Assembly (NCBI GenBank): GCA_002269645.1
Contig: NIVC01002244.1
Location: forward strand, 1-64,000
Direction: 5' to 3'
Length of the DNA: 64,000 bases
Origin: Macrostomum lignano
Taxonomy: Eukaryota
In this document: in pieces, positions 1 through 11,820 of the stretch
Layout of the letters: every line of letters begins with the position of its first letter
Position numbering within the stretch: position 1 is the first letter of the stretch
The notes under the pieces: generated by a model
Database searches by the model: none
Seen by the model: the letters and a program-made list of their open reading frames with translations, nothing else
Told to the model about the DNA's origin: nothing
Made by a program: the position numbers and the translations under genes

Positions 1-805
1 TCGTGGGAGCTGCTCTGTCTCACCTGGTGGTTGAACAGCGCATCGGTGTCGGAGCCGCAGTCTTCGACTTGCTCCAGCTCGATCAGCATGTCTCCGGATG
101 ACGAGGATGACGCCAAACTATTTAATGAAGAGGAAGACGCCGATGTTTTGGAAGAAGCGTAGGTGAGAACAGTTTTCCCGTCCGGCATGTGTCGATCTTG
201 CTGGAGCAGTGTCTGCGAGCCGCTTCAATTGCGAGGCAACGATTCGATGAGCAGAGTTGGCTTCGTCGTCATGGCACTCAACAATGGACAGCGATCGGCA
301 GTGTCGAAAGGGGACAGGGTGGAGGCGACCGAGCTCTCGTACTGGTGGTGCTGGGATGAGGCCTGGGCTTGTATTCCGAAGCCAGCTGTGCCAGCACAGT
401 GGACATTGCTTGCTGCACAATCTGTGCACTATAGCAATTCAACACTTCCGAACTGGGAGTCTCGAGTGGCGCAGTTCTTCCTCGGTAGCTGGAGGAGTCA
501 ACAGAGGCTCTTGATCGAGTGCCTGCGCTGGAAAATTTCGAGCCTCGCTGACAAGAGTCGGGGTCGATGCTGTTAGTCAGGTCGAGCGCAGAGCTCTTGC
601 GTGCTCTCGCAGGAGCTGTCGGTGCCAGCGAAATCCTCTTCGATGCTGTCCAGTCGAGAGGACACGGAGGAGCTGCTGATCTGAATTGGCCGTGCTTGAC
701 TGCAGTCTGTTGCTGAGCTGCGACAGCTGAGGCGTTGACAGGTTTGACTGCAGCCAAACCAGGCAATTGGGATTCAAAGTTTTTTTGCTTTGATTGCCAT
801 GTTTT
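1..805 (-). CDS. Probable MPDZ/PATJ-like linker exon after PDZ5 (Ser/Ala-rich, frame disrupted near 280, runs off the window)
   Basis: Phase-0 acceptor CTTTACCTTAG at 806-807 matches the phase-0 donor at 1179. It opens KTWQSKQKNFESQ in frame with ORF 278..766. The frame stops at 278, but coding-like Ser-rich sequence continues in other frames to position 1. Confidence 0.45.
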
Positions 806-1179
806 CTAAGGTAAAGAAGTTGTCAATTTTGTCAAATTTCCGTCAGATTCGTGCTGGGAAAGTACACGAGCTACTGCAAAAAAGCTTCGTATCTCGCAGT
901 CAATATGAAACAACACGCTTAACTTTAACCTGATCGGCGCTGTGACGCATGAAGTTCTTCCATCCTTCCAAAAATTCGAGTACAAAGAAATACGTATAGC
1001 TGATTTACGAGCTAAAATCAGAAACCTGCGAACTTTCGCTGGGAAGTAGGATTAATTATAATATTCCTTTCCGTGAACAATATTCAGGATTCAGTGAACA
1101 AAGCTTCGAGCGATAGGCATCCGGCTAAATTGGAGCAAAGAAATAATTGGGAATATTGTTTCTCCCATGAGAGACTTAC

Positions 1180-1918
1180 CGTCTTAAGCCATTGCTGCTG
1201 CGCCTCTGCCGCGGCCCGCTCGACGCAGGCAGATGCCGATTGTCCACGATGCTGGTCTTGCGCTCCGCCGATGCCGACGAACGGTCGGGGCTTGGCCACC
1301 CCGATGGCAATGCGACCGCGGGGCGCGGATTTCAAGCAGCGAACCGTCTCCTCCAGGCTGGCCCGTTCCAAGTTGGTGTCGTTCACGAACAGCAGACGAT
1401 CGCCAGGCAGAAGTCGGCCGTCCCTGTGCGCTGCTCCGTTCGGCACCAGACTGCGTATGATGATCACCGTCTCATCGGCGCTCAGCGGATCTTGATAGTC
1501 CAACACGCTGAAGCCCAGGCCAGCGGGTGTCTTTTCCAGCTCCACCACTGTCGGAATATTCGACCAGTAGCCGGTGTTGGAAAAATCGTCGAATGATTGA
1601 CTCTTGTTGTTCCCGCTGCGCTGCCGCCTCTTGAAGGCAGCGTCGCAGTGTTGGCGTTTCCCGTCTGCGGCGCTTAAGTCTGCCTCGGGCTGCGACTCTC
1701 GAGTCGTCCGGCTCCGAGTTGTCATCAATCGTCGTCGTCCATCTGGTCGATGTCGAGACTGTCGGCATCGTCTCTGCAAGCTGCCGCCACGTCTCCGTCC
1801 TCCTGCTGCAGACGGTTCTGCACTGGCCTTGCGCACCGATTCGAACATATTTCGGCAAGTTTTTTAGAATCTCAACCACCTCGAGATGATTCAAGCCGTA
1901 AAGCTTTTTGCCATTCAC
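1180..1918 (-). CDS. MPDZ: MPDZ/PATJ-like exon: C-terminal half of PDZ4, acidic linker, complete PDZ5 (contains indels)
   Basis: Acceptor CTTCGCCAG at 1919-1920 and donor ACG|GTAAGT at 1179. It encodes VNGKKLYGLNHLEVVEILKNLP and VELEKTPAGLGFSVLDYQDP...IIIRSLVPNGAAHRDGRLLPGDRLLFVND...IGVAKP, recognisable as MPDZ PDZ5. The 739 nt length is not a multiple of 3. Confidence 0.85.
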
Positions 1919-2437
1919 CTGGCGAAGGAGATGGGATAAATGGAAATCAAAACTTATTTTATTAAAGTCACTTAACATCGACTCGACTTGCATCGAATGT
2001 CGAAAGAGTTCTTGCTTGGCTACTAGCAGTAGGGTCAAACGATGGTCAGATAAAATAAACGCAGCTGGACTGTACAATGCCCCAACCCCCCCCCTCTCCC
2101 CAGTTTTTACGCTCGTACACTGAAAGGCAACCCCCCCCCAAAACACCCCCCATTCCCTCTCCTCTCTCTTCCGCTATCACTCCCTTGAGAGAGAGAAGAA
2201 TGGAAAGGCTAAAGGAGGAGAGGCGAGGGTTAAGAAGAAAATATAGCTGAATTAGCAGCGCATTCCCCTGTTCCTGCCTGCTAGAGCAAGTTTCTTGACA
2301 CACACGGAAAGAGAGGAAGGGCATTAGGGCCAGTACACACAGTAAGCTAGTAAGCCTTTTGCCTAAATCGAGTTTAAACTTGCTCTAGCCCTTCTAGTCT
2401 GGTATCAAAGGCGGCTGAAACATGAACCTCCACTTCA

Positions 2438-2445
2438 TATAAAAG
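2438..2445 (+). promoter_or_regulatory. Candidate TATA box for the ankyrin gene
   Basis: TATAAAAG about 410 bp upstream of the first ATG (2855); motif match only. Confidence 0.25.
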
Positions 2446-2854
2446 AAGGCAGGCAATGGTTTTTGCGAAAGCGTTGAGTCGAGTTTCAGCTTTATTTTGC
2501 ATTTTGTTATTAAAGAAGACAGTCTTTCTGAATCTAGATTAGCGCTTTCGTACGTTTAGGCGCGTTCAAGCGGTGTGTACACTGCGACAACCCCAGCGTG
2601 TGTTGGGGCGTACAGTACACGGACTGAGTACTATCACTATCAGGCTAGGGCCGGCCCTTGGTTTATTCGCGGTCGTGCCGCGCATGCTTTGAGATTGAAA
2701 AGGCTTTTCCGTGGAAACCCTGGCTGCATGCTTTATAATGTTGGTTCCTACTAAACCCACAGCGTTGTTGCAAACGGTTTTTGAAAGCTGGAGCCAGCTT
2801 TATTGCAAGCTTCGTTGCTAGTTGGGACTAAAAGCCGTCAACAGAGTCTTAATA

Positions 2855-5800
2855 ATGGACAGGCGGCTGACTCCAGCTGATCTGCGAAGCTTTGAGCTGA
2901 CCAAGTACAGAGTAGTCAACGAGAAGTCTAAGAGAGACGGCTTAAGTCCGATACTAGCAGCTTCGTCCAATGGCCATTTGGACGTAGTCCGATGTCTTGT
3001 CAAGAACGGGGCCAACATCAACGATCTAAACTTGGATGGCCAAACGCCGTTGATCTTGGCGGCTAAGAACGGTCACCAGCCGCTATTGCGACTCCTGGTT
3101 AACTATGGCGCCAAGCTGGACATTCAAGACGCCAAGGGTCGAACAGCTCTAATGCACGCGCTAGCCGAGGGTCGTCTAGAGCTCGCCCGGTGTCTCCTGG
3201 GAGCCGGCGCCAGTCAGGTTCCAGTTGATCGGGACGGTAAGACCGCTCTGTTTGTTGCGGCCGAATGTGGTCACGTGGCCATAGTTGAGCACCTGCTGGT
3301 GGAGAAAACCGGAGCCGATCTCGCTGTCAGGGATCGGCATGGCCGCACTGTGCTCATGATGCTGGCTAGAGCTGGCAAAGCCTGGCCAATTTACAAGTAC
3401 ATCAGCGAGAGCAGGCTTGCGGAGATAATTAACGATCGGGATTCGGCAGGCTACACTCCACTGCTGCACGCTGTAGAAGCTGGAAAGTTTTACATGGCGG
3501 CTAGGCTAATAAAGTGGGGCGCCGATGTTAAGGCTGTCACTGAAGACGGGCGGACAGTCATCATGCTGGCTTGCCAACGACCCCAGATTAGCTGCTCAAC
3601 CGCTGACAGCGACCCCGTCGACTTTGGCCCATCTAATAACGAGGCGGCTAAGCCATGGGATCAAAAGACATTCGTCGCTGAAATGATGAAGCAGGGTGTT
3701 GCAATCGACGCTGCCGACGACAAGGGCCGGACAGCTTTGTTCCACGTCGCTGAGTACGCCGAGCTGTCAATGCTGCAGCACTTGATTTTGGTGCACCACA
3801 AAGTTCTGCAGCCCGACGGCAAGGACTCTGCTGGCAATACGGTGCTGCACGCTGCGGCGCGTCTTGGCCGCGAGTCTATCGTTCGCTACTTGACGGAGCT
3901 TCCAGCTTTGGTGAGGCTTATCAACGAGCCAAACTTGGCGGCTGAGATGCCCATTCGTCTGGCAATCATGTCCAAGAACCTGAACTTGGTGAAATTGTTG
4001 CTAGATTCAGGTGCAAGCCTCGAAAAGGCCAATAGCTGCTCAGAGACGCCGCTACTCTGCGTTGCTTGCGAGAACCGCACTGAAGACATCGTCTCGTTCC
4101 TCCTCGATCGAGGGTTTCAACCGGACTGCGCTGACGCCAAAGGCGTGACACCTCTGATGGCCGCTACGCGTAGCGGTAGTCTTGGAATTGTTGAACGCCT
4201 TCTGAAAGCTTCCGCGAGCGTCAACATGCTTAGCAAGAAAGGCTTCAGCGCTCTAAGTTTGGCAGTACAAACCGCTAGCTTAAATATTTCCACAGTGTTG
4301 CTTAATCATAAAGCTAATCCGAACTTGATGCCGGAGGGTAAGTCTGAATGCAAGACGCCCTGCTCGATCGCTGCTACGCTGAATGGCACAGTTCTGCTCG
4401 AGCTTCTACTCGACTCCAATGCGGATCCATTTCAAATGGACTCACAAGGTCGCAACGCTTTGTACTACAGTGTTCTGCTAAATCGAACCAATTTGTTAAA
4501 AGTTTTAACAACGCGGAACACTCTGGAGCATTTTAATATGGACTCATTATTCGATTACGAAGGAAAGCAGTACACCTTGCTGCACATTGCTGCCGAGAGG
4601 AGAAGCCTAGAAGCAATGAAATTTATTCTTCAGGCAACGAATCCAAATCTCGAATTTTTCTCAAGCGATGGAGAAACTCCGCTTCATATTGCCTGCAGGC
4701 AGAAAGACTTGGCTATGGTCAACGTGCTCACACCGCCGACGGCTAAGCTGGACATCCCCAGACGCGGTGACAATTTCACCCCACTGATGATTGCCGGCAA
4801 GCAGGGTAGCCAGAGCATCGCCATGGAATTGATTGCCAAGGGTGCCGACGTGAACAGGAGATCACCTGAAGGCTTCACAGTGCTAAACCTCGCAATCATG
4901 TCAGACGACGCGCCAGGTGAAAGAATACCGCTGGCTAATTTGCTACTCACAAAGGGCGCGAAATACGACAGCCAAGACTTGAAAATCGTGGGCTCAAAGG
5001 CGTACAATTTGCTTCAAGCGCTTTACGCAGGCATCAAGAATAGTTCGCCGCAGGCTAAGAAGTCACCTAAAGCGCAGACAGCACAGAGTACACCGACTGT
5101 AGCTCAAACGAAACCGAAGATGAACTCCACTCCAATGACAACTGAGGAACGATTGAAGGCAAAACTGAAAAAGAAGCAATCTCAGCCAGCGGAAACGCCC
5201 AAGCCAGCGGAGGTGCAACCTAAGAAAACTGAGTCTTTTGCGGTACGCGCTAAAAAGGCCCGCGACGAGGTGCAGCGCACTGTGGACACAGCGGAAACCA
5301 ATGTTAAACGCATCTCTAACATGATGAAGAAGTACGTTGAAGTCACTGTCCTACCAAGTCCCCATCCAGACGATAGCGAAGAGGCTTTAGTCAAAGAGAT
5401 GAAGAAGCAGGATGTCACACGGGTTTACAGGCATCCATCAATTCTTTCTAGCGAGCAGATGCAACAGAACCGACTGGTTAGCGAATTCTCCAAGAAAATG
5501 GATACGATAAGACTTGAGATCGTTAAGAAGTTTGAGCGGAAACTCGACATGATGTGCCGTCGGGAGAAGAAACAGCCGCCAAAAAATGGCAAAGTTCCAA
5601 AACCAGCAGCCAAAGCAACGGACATTCAACAGCGGGATTCAACAACGGAGAAAACGGTGGACAAGCGACAGGAGCGAATGCGTTCAGTCCGCCGGCAGGC
5701 TCTCTACAAGCTGAAGTTCGCTCGAAAGTCAAAAATATCTGGCGAGAACAGTGTCCGCTCAGCTCAGCTGCGACGGCTAAAAACTCTCTCGGAGAGGAGA

Positions 5801-6298
5801 GGAAAAAAGTGTTGCAAGTATCGACTGCCGCGATTTTGGGAGATTGTCAGACAACGAGAAGTTCTTTCACGCTTCCTTGAGACCCGAATGCGCTGGTTGA
5901 TTGAGGCGGCAAAGCTGAGTGAAGCCGAGCTGTTCAGCCAGTACAGCTACGTGAAGCTCGAAGGCGTGGCAGCCGGAATCCAAGGCGCCTCGGTCTGCTG
6001 GCAACTGCTTCCCGAGCAGCTGGAGATCCAGAAAGAAAGCAGAGCAGCAGATAAAAGGCTGCTTAGATCTTTAAAAGGCAAAACATTGCGATCCCACGTC
6101 ACTCGACTTGCTACTAACAGTGGCCAACGATGCAACTTGCTATTGCGCTGCGGCCAACGGCCTGCGGAGTTGAAGCTGCTGAACAGCTGGAGTGACAAGC
6201 AGATGCAGCTGGACTTGAGCTGGTCCCTCCAGCCCGAGCTGTTCCACGTCAGGCAGCGGATCCCCACGATCGTCGACCGGACATCGCCGTCCGACTAA
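2855..6298 (+). CDS. Intronless ankyrin-repeat protein (~19 repeats, Lys-rich linker, unassigned C-terminal region), nested antisense in the MPDZ intron
   Basis: Uninterrupted ORF with first ATG at 2855 (1147 aa). Repeated GxTPL/ALxxA...G...V..LL..GA motifs run through the first ~700 aa. It lies inside MPDZ intron 1919..10031. Confidence 0.9.
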   Translation: MDRRLTPADLRSFELTKYRVVNEKSKRDGLSPILAASSNGHLDVVRCLVKNGANINDLNLDGQTPLILAAKNGHQPLLRLLVNYGAKLDIQDAKGRTALMHALAEGRLELARCLLGAGASQVPVDRDGKTALFVAAECGHVAIVEHLLVEKTGADLAVRDRHGRTVLMMLARAGKAWPIYKYISESRLAEIINDRDSAGYTPLLHAVEAGKFYMAARLIKWGADVKAVTEDGRTVIMLACQRPQISCSTADSDPVDFGPSNNEAAKPWDQKTFVAEMMKQGVAIDAADDKGRTALFHVAEYAELSMLQHLILVHHKVLQPDGKDSAGNTVLHAAARLGRESIVRYLTELPALVRLINEPNLAAEMPIRLAIMSKNLNLVKLLLDSGASLEKANSCSETPLLCVACENRTEDIVSFLLDRGFQPDCADAKGVTPLMAATRSGSLGIVERLLKASASVNMLSKKGFSALSLAVQTASLNISTVLLNHKANPNLMPEGKSECKTPCSIAATLNGTVLLELLLDSNADPFQMDSQGRNALYYSVLLNRTNLLKVLTTRNTLEHFNMDSLFDYEGKQYTLLHIAAERRSLEAMKFILQATNPNLEFFSSDGETPLHIACRQKDLAMVNVLTPPTAKLDIPRRGDNFTPLMIAGKQGSQSIAMELIAKGADVNRRSPEGFTVLNLAIMSDDAPGERIPLANLLLTKGAKYDSQDLKIVGSKAYNLLQALYAGIKNSSPQAKKSPKAQTAQSTPTVAQTKPKMNSTPMTTEERLKAKLKKKQSQPAETPKPAEVQPKKTESFAVRAKKARDEVQRTVDTAETNVKRISNMMKKYVEVTVLPSPHPDDSEEALVKEMKKQDVTRVYRHPSILSSEQMQQNRLVSEFSKKMDTIRLEIVKKFERKLDMMCRREKKQPPKNGKVPKPAAKATDIQQRDSTTEKTVDKRQERMRSVRRQALYKLKFARKSKISGENSVRSAQLRRLKTLSERRGKKCCKYRLPRFWEIVRQREVLSRFLETRMRWLIEAAKLSEAELFSQYSYVKLEGVAAGIQGASVCWQLLPEQLEIQKESRAADKRLLRSLKGKTLRSHVTRLATNSGQRCNLLLRCGQRPAELKLLNSWSDKQMQLDLSWSLQPELFHVRQRIPTIVDRTSPSD

Positions 6299-6723
6299 CG
6301 GTCGACACGCGCTGCTGCCTGTGGGACTCGCGCGAGCTGCGCCTTCTGGCGAATTCGTTGGCCAACGCGCCGTCTAGTGCGACGCCCGACGATGCCACAA
6401 TGCAGGAGCTGGAACGCCAGCGGCGCACGCTGGACTGTCTGGCTCAACGACGGACCTACCATCATCTGCAGGCTGCTGGCGGCGCTCCGCGGCAGCTGGA
6501 CACCAGCTCGGACGCAGCTCTGCTGCACCCGATGCTGACAACAAAGCTGCTGACTGTGGCGCTTCACGTTGGTCTGGCGCGGTTCATCGAGATTCCCTAC
6601 TCTGTTCACGGCGACGATTTTCTGCTCTACCAGCAGCCCACTCAGAAGGAATTGAAGCTGCTGCGCGGCCTACTGGGCTACGACCGGGTCAAACTGGTTG
6701 AGGCTCGACGGTTTCCAAGGTGA
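6266..6723 (+). CDS. Probable true C-terminus of the ankyrin protein, in a shifted frame
   Basis: Adding one C to the CCCC run at 6262-6265 joins the ankyrin ORF to HDRRPDIAVRLTVDTR... and on into ORF 6358..6723. AATAAA signals follow at 7178 and 7235. Confidence 0.6.
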
Positions 6724-7888
6724 TTTAACCGTCAAACAAGCAGTAAGCTGCGCTAAAGCTGCAGATTATAATAATCATACATGAACGTCTTCCAGTTTCA
6801 GAGTCCTACCAGTAGTTTTAAAAGGCAGTAATCTTTCTCTACTAAACTTGTCAATTAATCAACAGAAATTGATTTCTATCCCTCTCTGATTTCTTGATCC
6901 GTACGTCATTTGCTTCTTTTGGTATTGGTTTTGTCCAGTTTTGGTATGTGGTAATTTGAGGTTGTGTTTGAGATCGGAGACTGCGGTATTTGCTAAGATA
7001 ATTGCAGGAGTAAATATCGTGAATTTTCCTTTTAAAAGTACCTACTTAAAAATAATCTGTATTTCTTGATTTTCATGCAATTCCGATATTTTCAAGTTGT
7101 GATGCCTACTTAAGCAGTAGTAGTAGAAAAGGTGCTCTCAACTCTGCTGAAAATCATGTTTTTAGTTCCCTTTACTGAATAAAATGTATAGTTAACTTAT
7201 TATTGACGTTTGGCTCTACTTAGTGACTGAATTAAATAAATAAATATTCTCAATAGTAAATACCATTTAAAAAATTTTAAATTCACATTTCAAATGATTC
7301 AACTAAGGATTGTTCAATTAAGAAAAACACGTTTTGAAAAAAAATTCGTTAAATTTTTTGAAAAGATTATTTTCGTGGAAAGCGTGAGCTGCGCTAATCA
7401 AATGGGATCAGCAAATTAAAACAAAAAGGATTAATTTTGGATTTGGAGAAATTTGACCAAATTAGCTTGTTTCAGACCCTGGAGATTTCAAGGATCGCTT
7501 CTGGATAGGTTGGGTTTTTATTTTTTTAATTTCTAGGAATCGAGACTTCACCTCGATTTTGAAAGATAAACAATCAAGCCCTGTTTTGTAGTTAATCCCG
7601 AACAAAAATGATCAAAATTTTAATTGACTTATATGGAGAATCTTGCGATTATCGAGTTCAAAATTTGACAAGCTCCAAATATCGTTGCTATCTTCCTACT
7701 ACAAGCTATATGTACTGCATATTCGCCTCTTTATGGACAAATTTATTACATGTAGAAAACGTACGCTGCTCGTCTGCTGTCTGTTCGTGCAAATTTTACC
7801 ATAGACAGGTTTTCCGACTATGCCGAATTTTAGGTCTTTAAGAACACCATGTTCAAATTCAGAATATCTCGCCTTTCATCTAGGCAAT

Positions 7889-8093
<205 letters not shown>

Positions 8094-8754
8094 GTAAAGG
8101 TACATGTATAGCTTATTTGCATAGACTGTAAAGTGGGTTTTTACCATAGACGAAACTCGGTGGAGAAAGATCCGTTTATAAAAAAGTGCACCAACCAATA
8201 AGTCTCTCTGAAACTAAATTAAAGATGCCAATCAAGCCTAAGCGAACACAAATACTAGCCCTATTTATGCGAGTGAATCTTTAAAGTTTGTAATACTTTT
8301 TTGAATTGTGATTTTTTTCAATAGTTTTCAATTATTTTCTCTTTTAATGTCAAAGATTTCAATTGCCGGTGTCAGACACCCGATACGGGTGGAACAGCAG
8401 TCTAGAGCTGCATGGACTGAGGGGCTGAGGGCACGGCAGTGTGTTGCTCTGATTGCTCTGGTTGCAGACTCGAGACACACGCAAAGTTCGAGCATTGGAA
8501 GAGGAAAAAAAGGCCGAACGTACGAAAAATAATCGAACGAAAGGGGAAAAGAAAATTCTATTAGCCAACAGCTGGCAAATGTTGGGAACTAAGTTTCCGT
8601 TCTCCCACAGGGGATAGTTCTCATGGTTCTCGTCTGATGCGATCTAGAACATGGATGAAGCTCAGTGCTCGATGCTATATTCCAGGTCTGGTATCAGTTC
8701 AGTTCGTTGACTTTTCTATCATCGAAACATAGATGAAAAAAGAGATTGAGTAGG

Positions 8755-9975
8755 AGATAGTGAAAGATGGTGAGAGGGAGATAGTGAAAGAGGGTGAGAG
8801 GGGGATAGTGAAAGAGGGTGAGAGGGAGATAGTGAAAGAGGGTGAGAGGGAGATAGTGAAAGAGGGTGAGAGGGAGATAGTGAGAGAGGCTGAGAGGGAG
8901 ATAGTGAAAGAGGGTGAGAGGGAGATAGTGAAAGAGGGTGAGAGGGAGATAGTGAAAGAGGGTGAGAGGGGATAGTGAGAGAGGTTGAGAGGAAGATAGT
9001 GAGAGAGGCTGAGAGGGAGATAGTGAGAGAGGTTGAGAGGGAGATAGTGAGAGAGGTTGAGAGGGAGATAGTGAGAGAGGTTGAGAGGGAGATAGTGAGA
9101 GAGGCTGAGAGGGAGATAGTGACAGAGGGTTAGAGGGAGATAGTGAGAGAGGCTGAGAGGGAGATAGGGAGAGAGGCTGAGAGGGAGATAGTGACAGAGG
9201 GTTAGAGGGAGATAGTGAGAGAGGCTGAGAGGGAGATAGTGAGAGAGGCTGAGAGGGAGATAGTGAGAGAGGCTGAGAGGGAGATAGTGACAGAGGGTTA
9301 GAGGGAGATAGTGACAGAGGGTTAGAGGGAGATAGTGACAGAGGGTTAGAGGGAGATAGTGACAGAGGGTTAGAGGGAGATAGTGACAGAGGGTTAGAGG
9401 GAGATAGTGACAGAGGGTTAGAGGGAGATAGTGACAGAGGGTTAGAGGGAGATAGTGACAGAGGGTTAGAGGGAGATAGTGACAGAGGCTGAGAGGGAGA
9501 TAGTGACAGAGGCTGAGAGGGAGATAGTGACAGAGGCTGAGAGGGAGATAGTGACAGAGGCTGAGAGGGAGATAGTGACAGAGGCTGAGAGGGAGATAGT
9601 GACAGAGGCTGAGAGGGAGATAGTGACAGAGGCTGAGAGGGAGATAGTGACAGAGGCTGAGAGGGAGATAGTGACAGAGGGTTAGAGGGAGATAGTGATA
9701 GAGCGTTAGAGGGAGACTAGTGACAGAGGCTGAGAGGGAGATAGTGACAGAGGCTGAGAGGGAGATAGTGACAGAGGCTGAGAGGGAGATAGTGACAGAG
9801 GCTGAGAGGGAGATAGTGACAGAGGGTTAGAGGGAGATAGTGACAGAGGGTTAGAGGGAGACTAGTGACAGAGGGTTAGAGGGAGATAGTGACAGAGGCT
9901 GAGAGGGAGATACTGACAGAGGCTGAGAGGGAGACAGTGACAGAGGCTGAGAGGGAGATAGTGACAGAGGCTGAG
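8755..9975. repeat. 23-24 bp purine-rich minisatellite (GAGAGGGAGATAGTGACAGAGGCT)
   Basis: About 50 tandem copies ending ~55 bp from the donor at 10031; boundaries approximate. Confidence 0.95.
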
Positions 9976-10031
9976 AAGAAGAGGGCTGTTACTTCAAGAG
10001 AAGAACTGCTTATCCCCCCATAGTTTCTCAC

Positions 10032-10291
10032 CTCCAGCAGCTCGTCATGCGGCCTCAAGGTTCCGTCAGCCGCCACAGGGCCGTCGGGCTGGATGGCCCG
10101 GATGTAGTGATGCGGCCGGACCTCCGCTCCGGTCTCCAGCACGTCCACCGTGCCTTCCAGGCTGATGCCGAGGCCGGGATGGTGCTTGAACTTGGCCAGC
10201 TGCACCGTTACCACCGTTAGCGAGCTGTCGTTGAGAAGACTCGACCAGCGGTGCGCGATGGACTCGGCGACTTCAGCAGATAGCGGACCCT
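10032..10291 (-). CDS. MPDZ: MPDZ/PATJ-like exon: N-terminal half of PDZ4
   Basis: Acceptor CAACCAG at 10292-10293 (phase 1) and donor GAG|GTGAGA at 10031 (phase 0). It encodes RWSSLL...VQLAKFKHHPGLGISLEGTVDV...HHYIRAIQPDGPVAADGTLRPHDELLE and joins in frame to VNGKKL. Confidence 0.92.
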
Positions 10292-10351
10292 CTGGTTGTT
10301 GTGGGTATCGATTTGGATATCAGGTAGGCGTGATAGCTTAGGCCTGGCATA

Positions 10352-10565
10352 CCCGATGACTTTATGACTGGATTGATGAGCATATCCGATGACTCTATGA
10401 CTGGGTTAATGAGCATATCCGATGACTCTATGACTGGATTGATGAGCATATCCGATGTCTCTATGACTGGATTGATGAGCATACCCGATGACTCTATGAC
10501 TGGATTGATGAGCATATCCGATGATTTTATGACTGGATTGATGAGCACACCCGATGACTTTCTGA
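10352..10565. repeat. 33 bp minisatellite, ~6 copies
   Basis: Unit GACTGGATTGATGAGCATATCCGATGACTCTAT. Confidence 0.9.
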
Positions 10566-10869
10566 CTGTATCTTATTGATGGTCGGTACCCGATGACTCG
10601 GTACTCGGTGAATACATTCTCTATTGCCTAGTTTTAGTTGGAGTCTTGGCATGGCTCCTAAATGGAAAATCACAATGACTCTCTTCTGCACATCCGCAGG
10701 GTTTTTCCCCTCTCAGATTCCGAAAATTTGCGAATGAGGCAGTTGGGCTTTCCTGGGTCAATCCTATAATTGAGTTTGATCAGGCAGTCTGCTCTGTTTA
10801 TCTTCATCGATTTTCGAAAAAAATTCTGCTGCGGACCTTTGGACAATAGCATAGGGGCTATTCGGTAGA

Positions 10870-11820
10870 GAAGGATAGAAGAGATGGGAGAAAAAAGCAG
10901 AGGGAAATAGAGGGAGAAAGGGTCGCGATAAAAGGAGAGAGTGAGAGATGGGAAAGAAAGACGGAGAGAGGGAGACTAGGGAAGGATGAGGGAGAAGTTG
11001 AGATTGAAGAAAGGGATAGACTGGAGAGAGGGTGAGAGGCGAGAGAGAGGGAGAGAAAGGAGAGAGAGGTAGACAATGAGAGATGAGAAAGAGGTTAATA
11101 AGGGAGAGGGTGACAGGGGAGAGAGAGATCGGAGAGAGAGTGAGAGTTCAGAGAGGTTGAGATGGGAGAGGGAGATGGAAGATGGAGAGAGAGATGGAAG
11201 ATGGAGAGAGAGATGGAAGATGGAGAGAGAGATGGAAGATGGAGAGAGAGATGGAAGATGGAGAGAGAGATGGAAGATGGAGAGAGAGATGGAAGATGGA
11301 GAGAGAGATGGAAGATGGAGAGAGAGATGGAAGATGGAGAGAGAGATGGAAGATGGAGAGAGAGATGGGAGATGGAGAGAGAGATGGGAGATGGAGAGAG
11401 AGATGGGAGATGGAGAGAGAGATGGGAGATGAAGAGAGAGATGGGAGATGAAGAGAGAGATGGGAGAGAGAAGCAGAGATGAGAGAGAGATGGGAGATGG
11501 AGAGAGAGATGGGAGATGGAGAGAGAGAGATGGGAGATGAACAGAGAGATGGGAGAGAGAGTAGGATGGGAGAAAGGGAGAGAAAGGACAGAGAGGGAGA
11601 CAGTGAGAGATGAGACATATTTTGAGAAGGGAAAGAGGATGAGAGGAGAGAGAGGTTGAGATGGGAGAGAGAGATGAGAGAGAGTGAGATGGGAGAGAGT
11701 GAGATTAGAGAGGTGAGATAGGAGAGAGGGTGAGATGGGAGAGAGAGTGAGATTAGAGAGGTGAGATAGGAGAGAGGGTGAGATGGGAGAGAGAGAATGA
11801 GAGGGAGATAGTGAGAGATA
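10870..11820. repeat. AG-rich low-complexity tract with a 19 bp core repeat
   Basis: GAGAGAGATGGAAGATGGA repeated from about 11160 to 11550. Confidence 0.9.

Noticed and set aside
1073-1867. Plus-strand ORFs opposite the PDZ5 exon (and similar antisense ORFs over other exons)
   Set aside because: Shadow ORFs of GC-rich coding sequence on the other strand.
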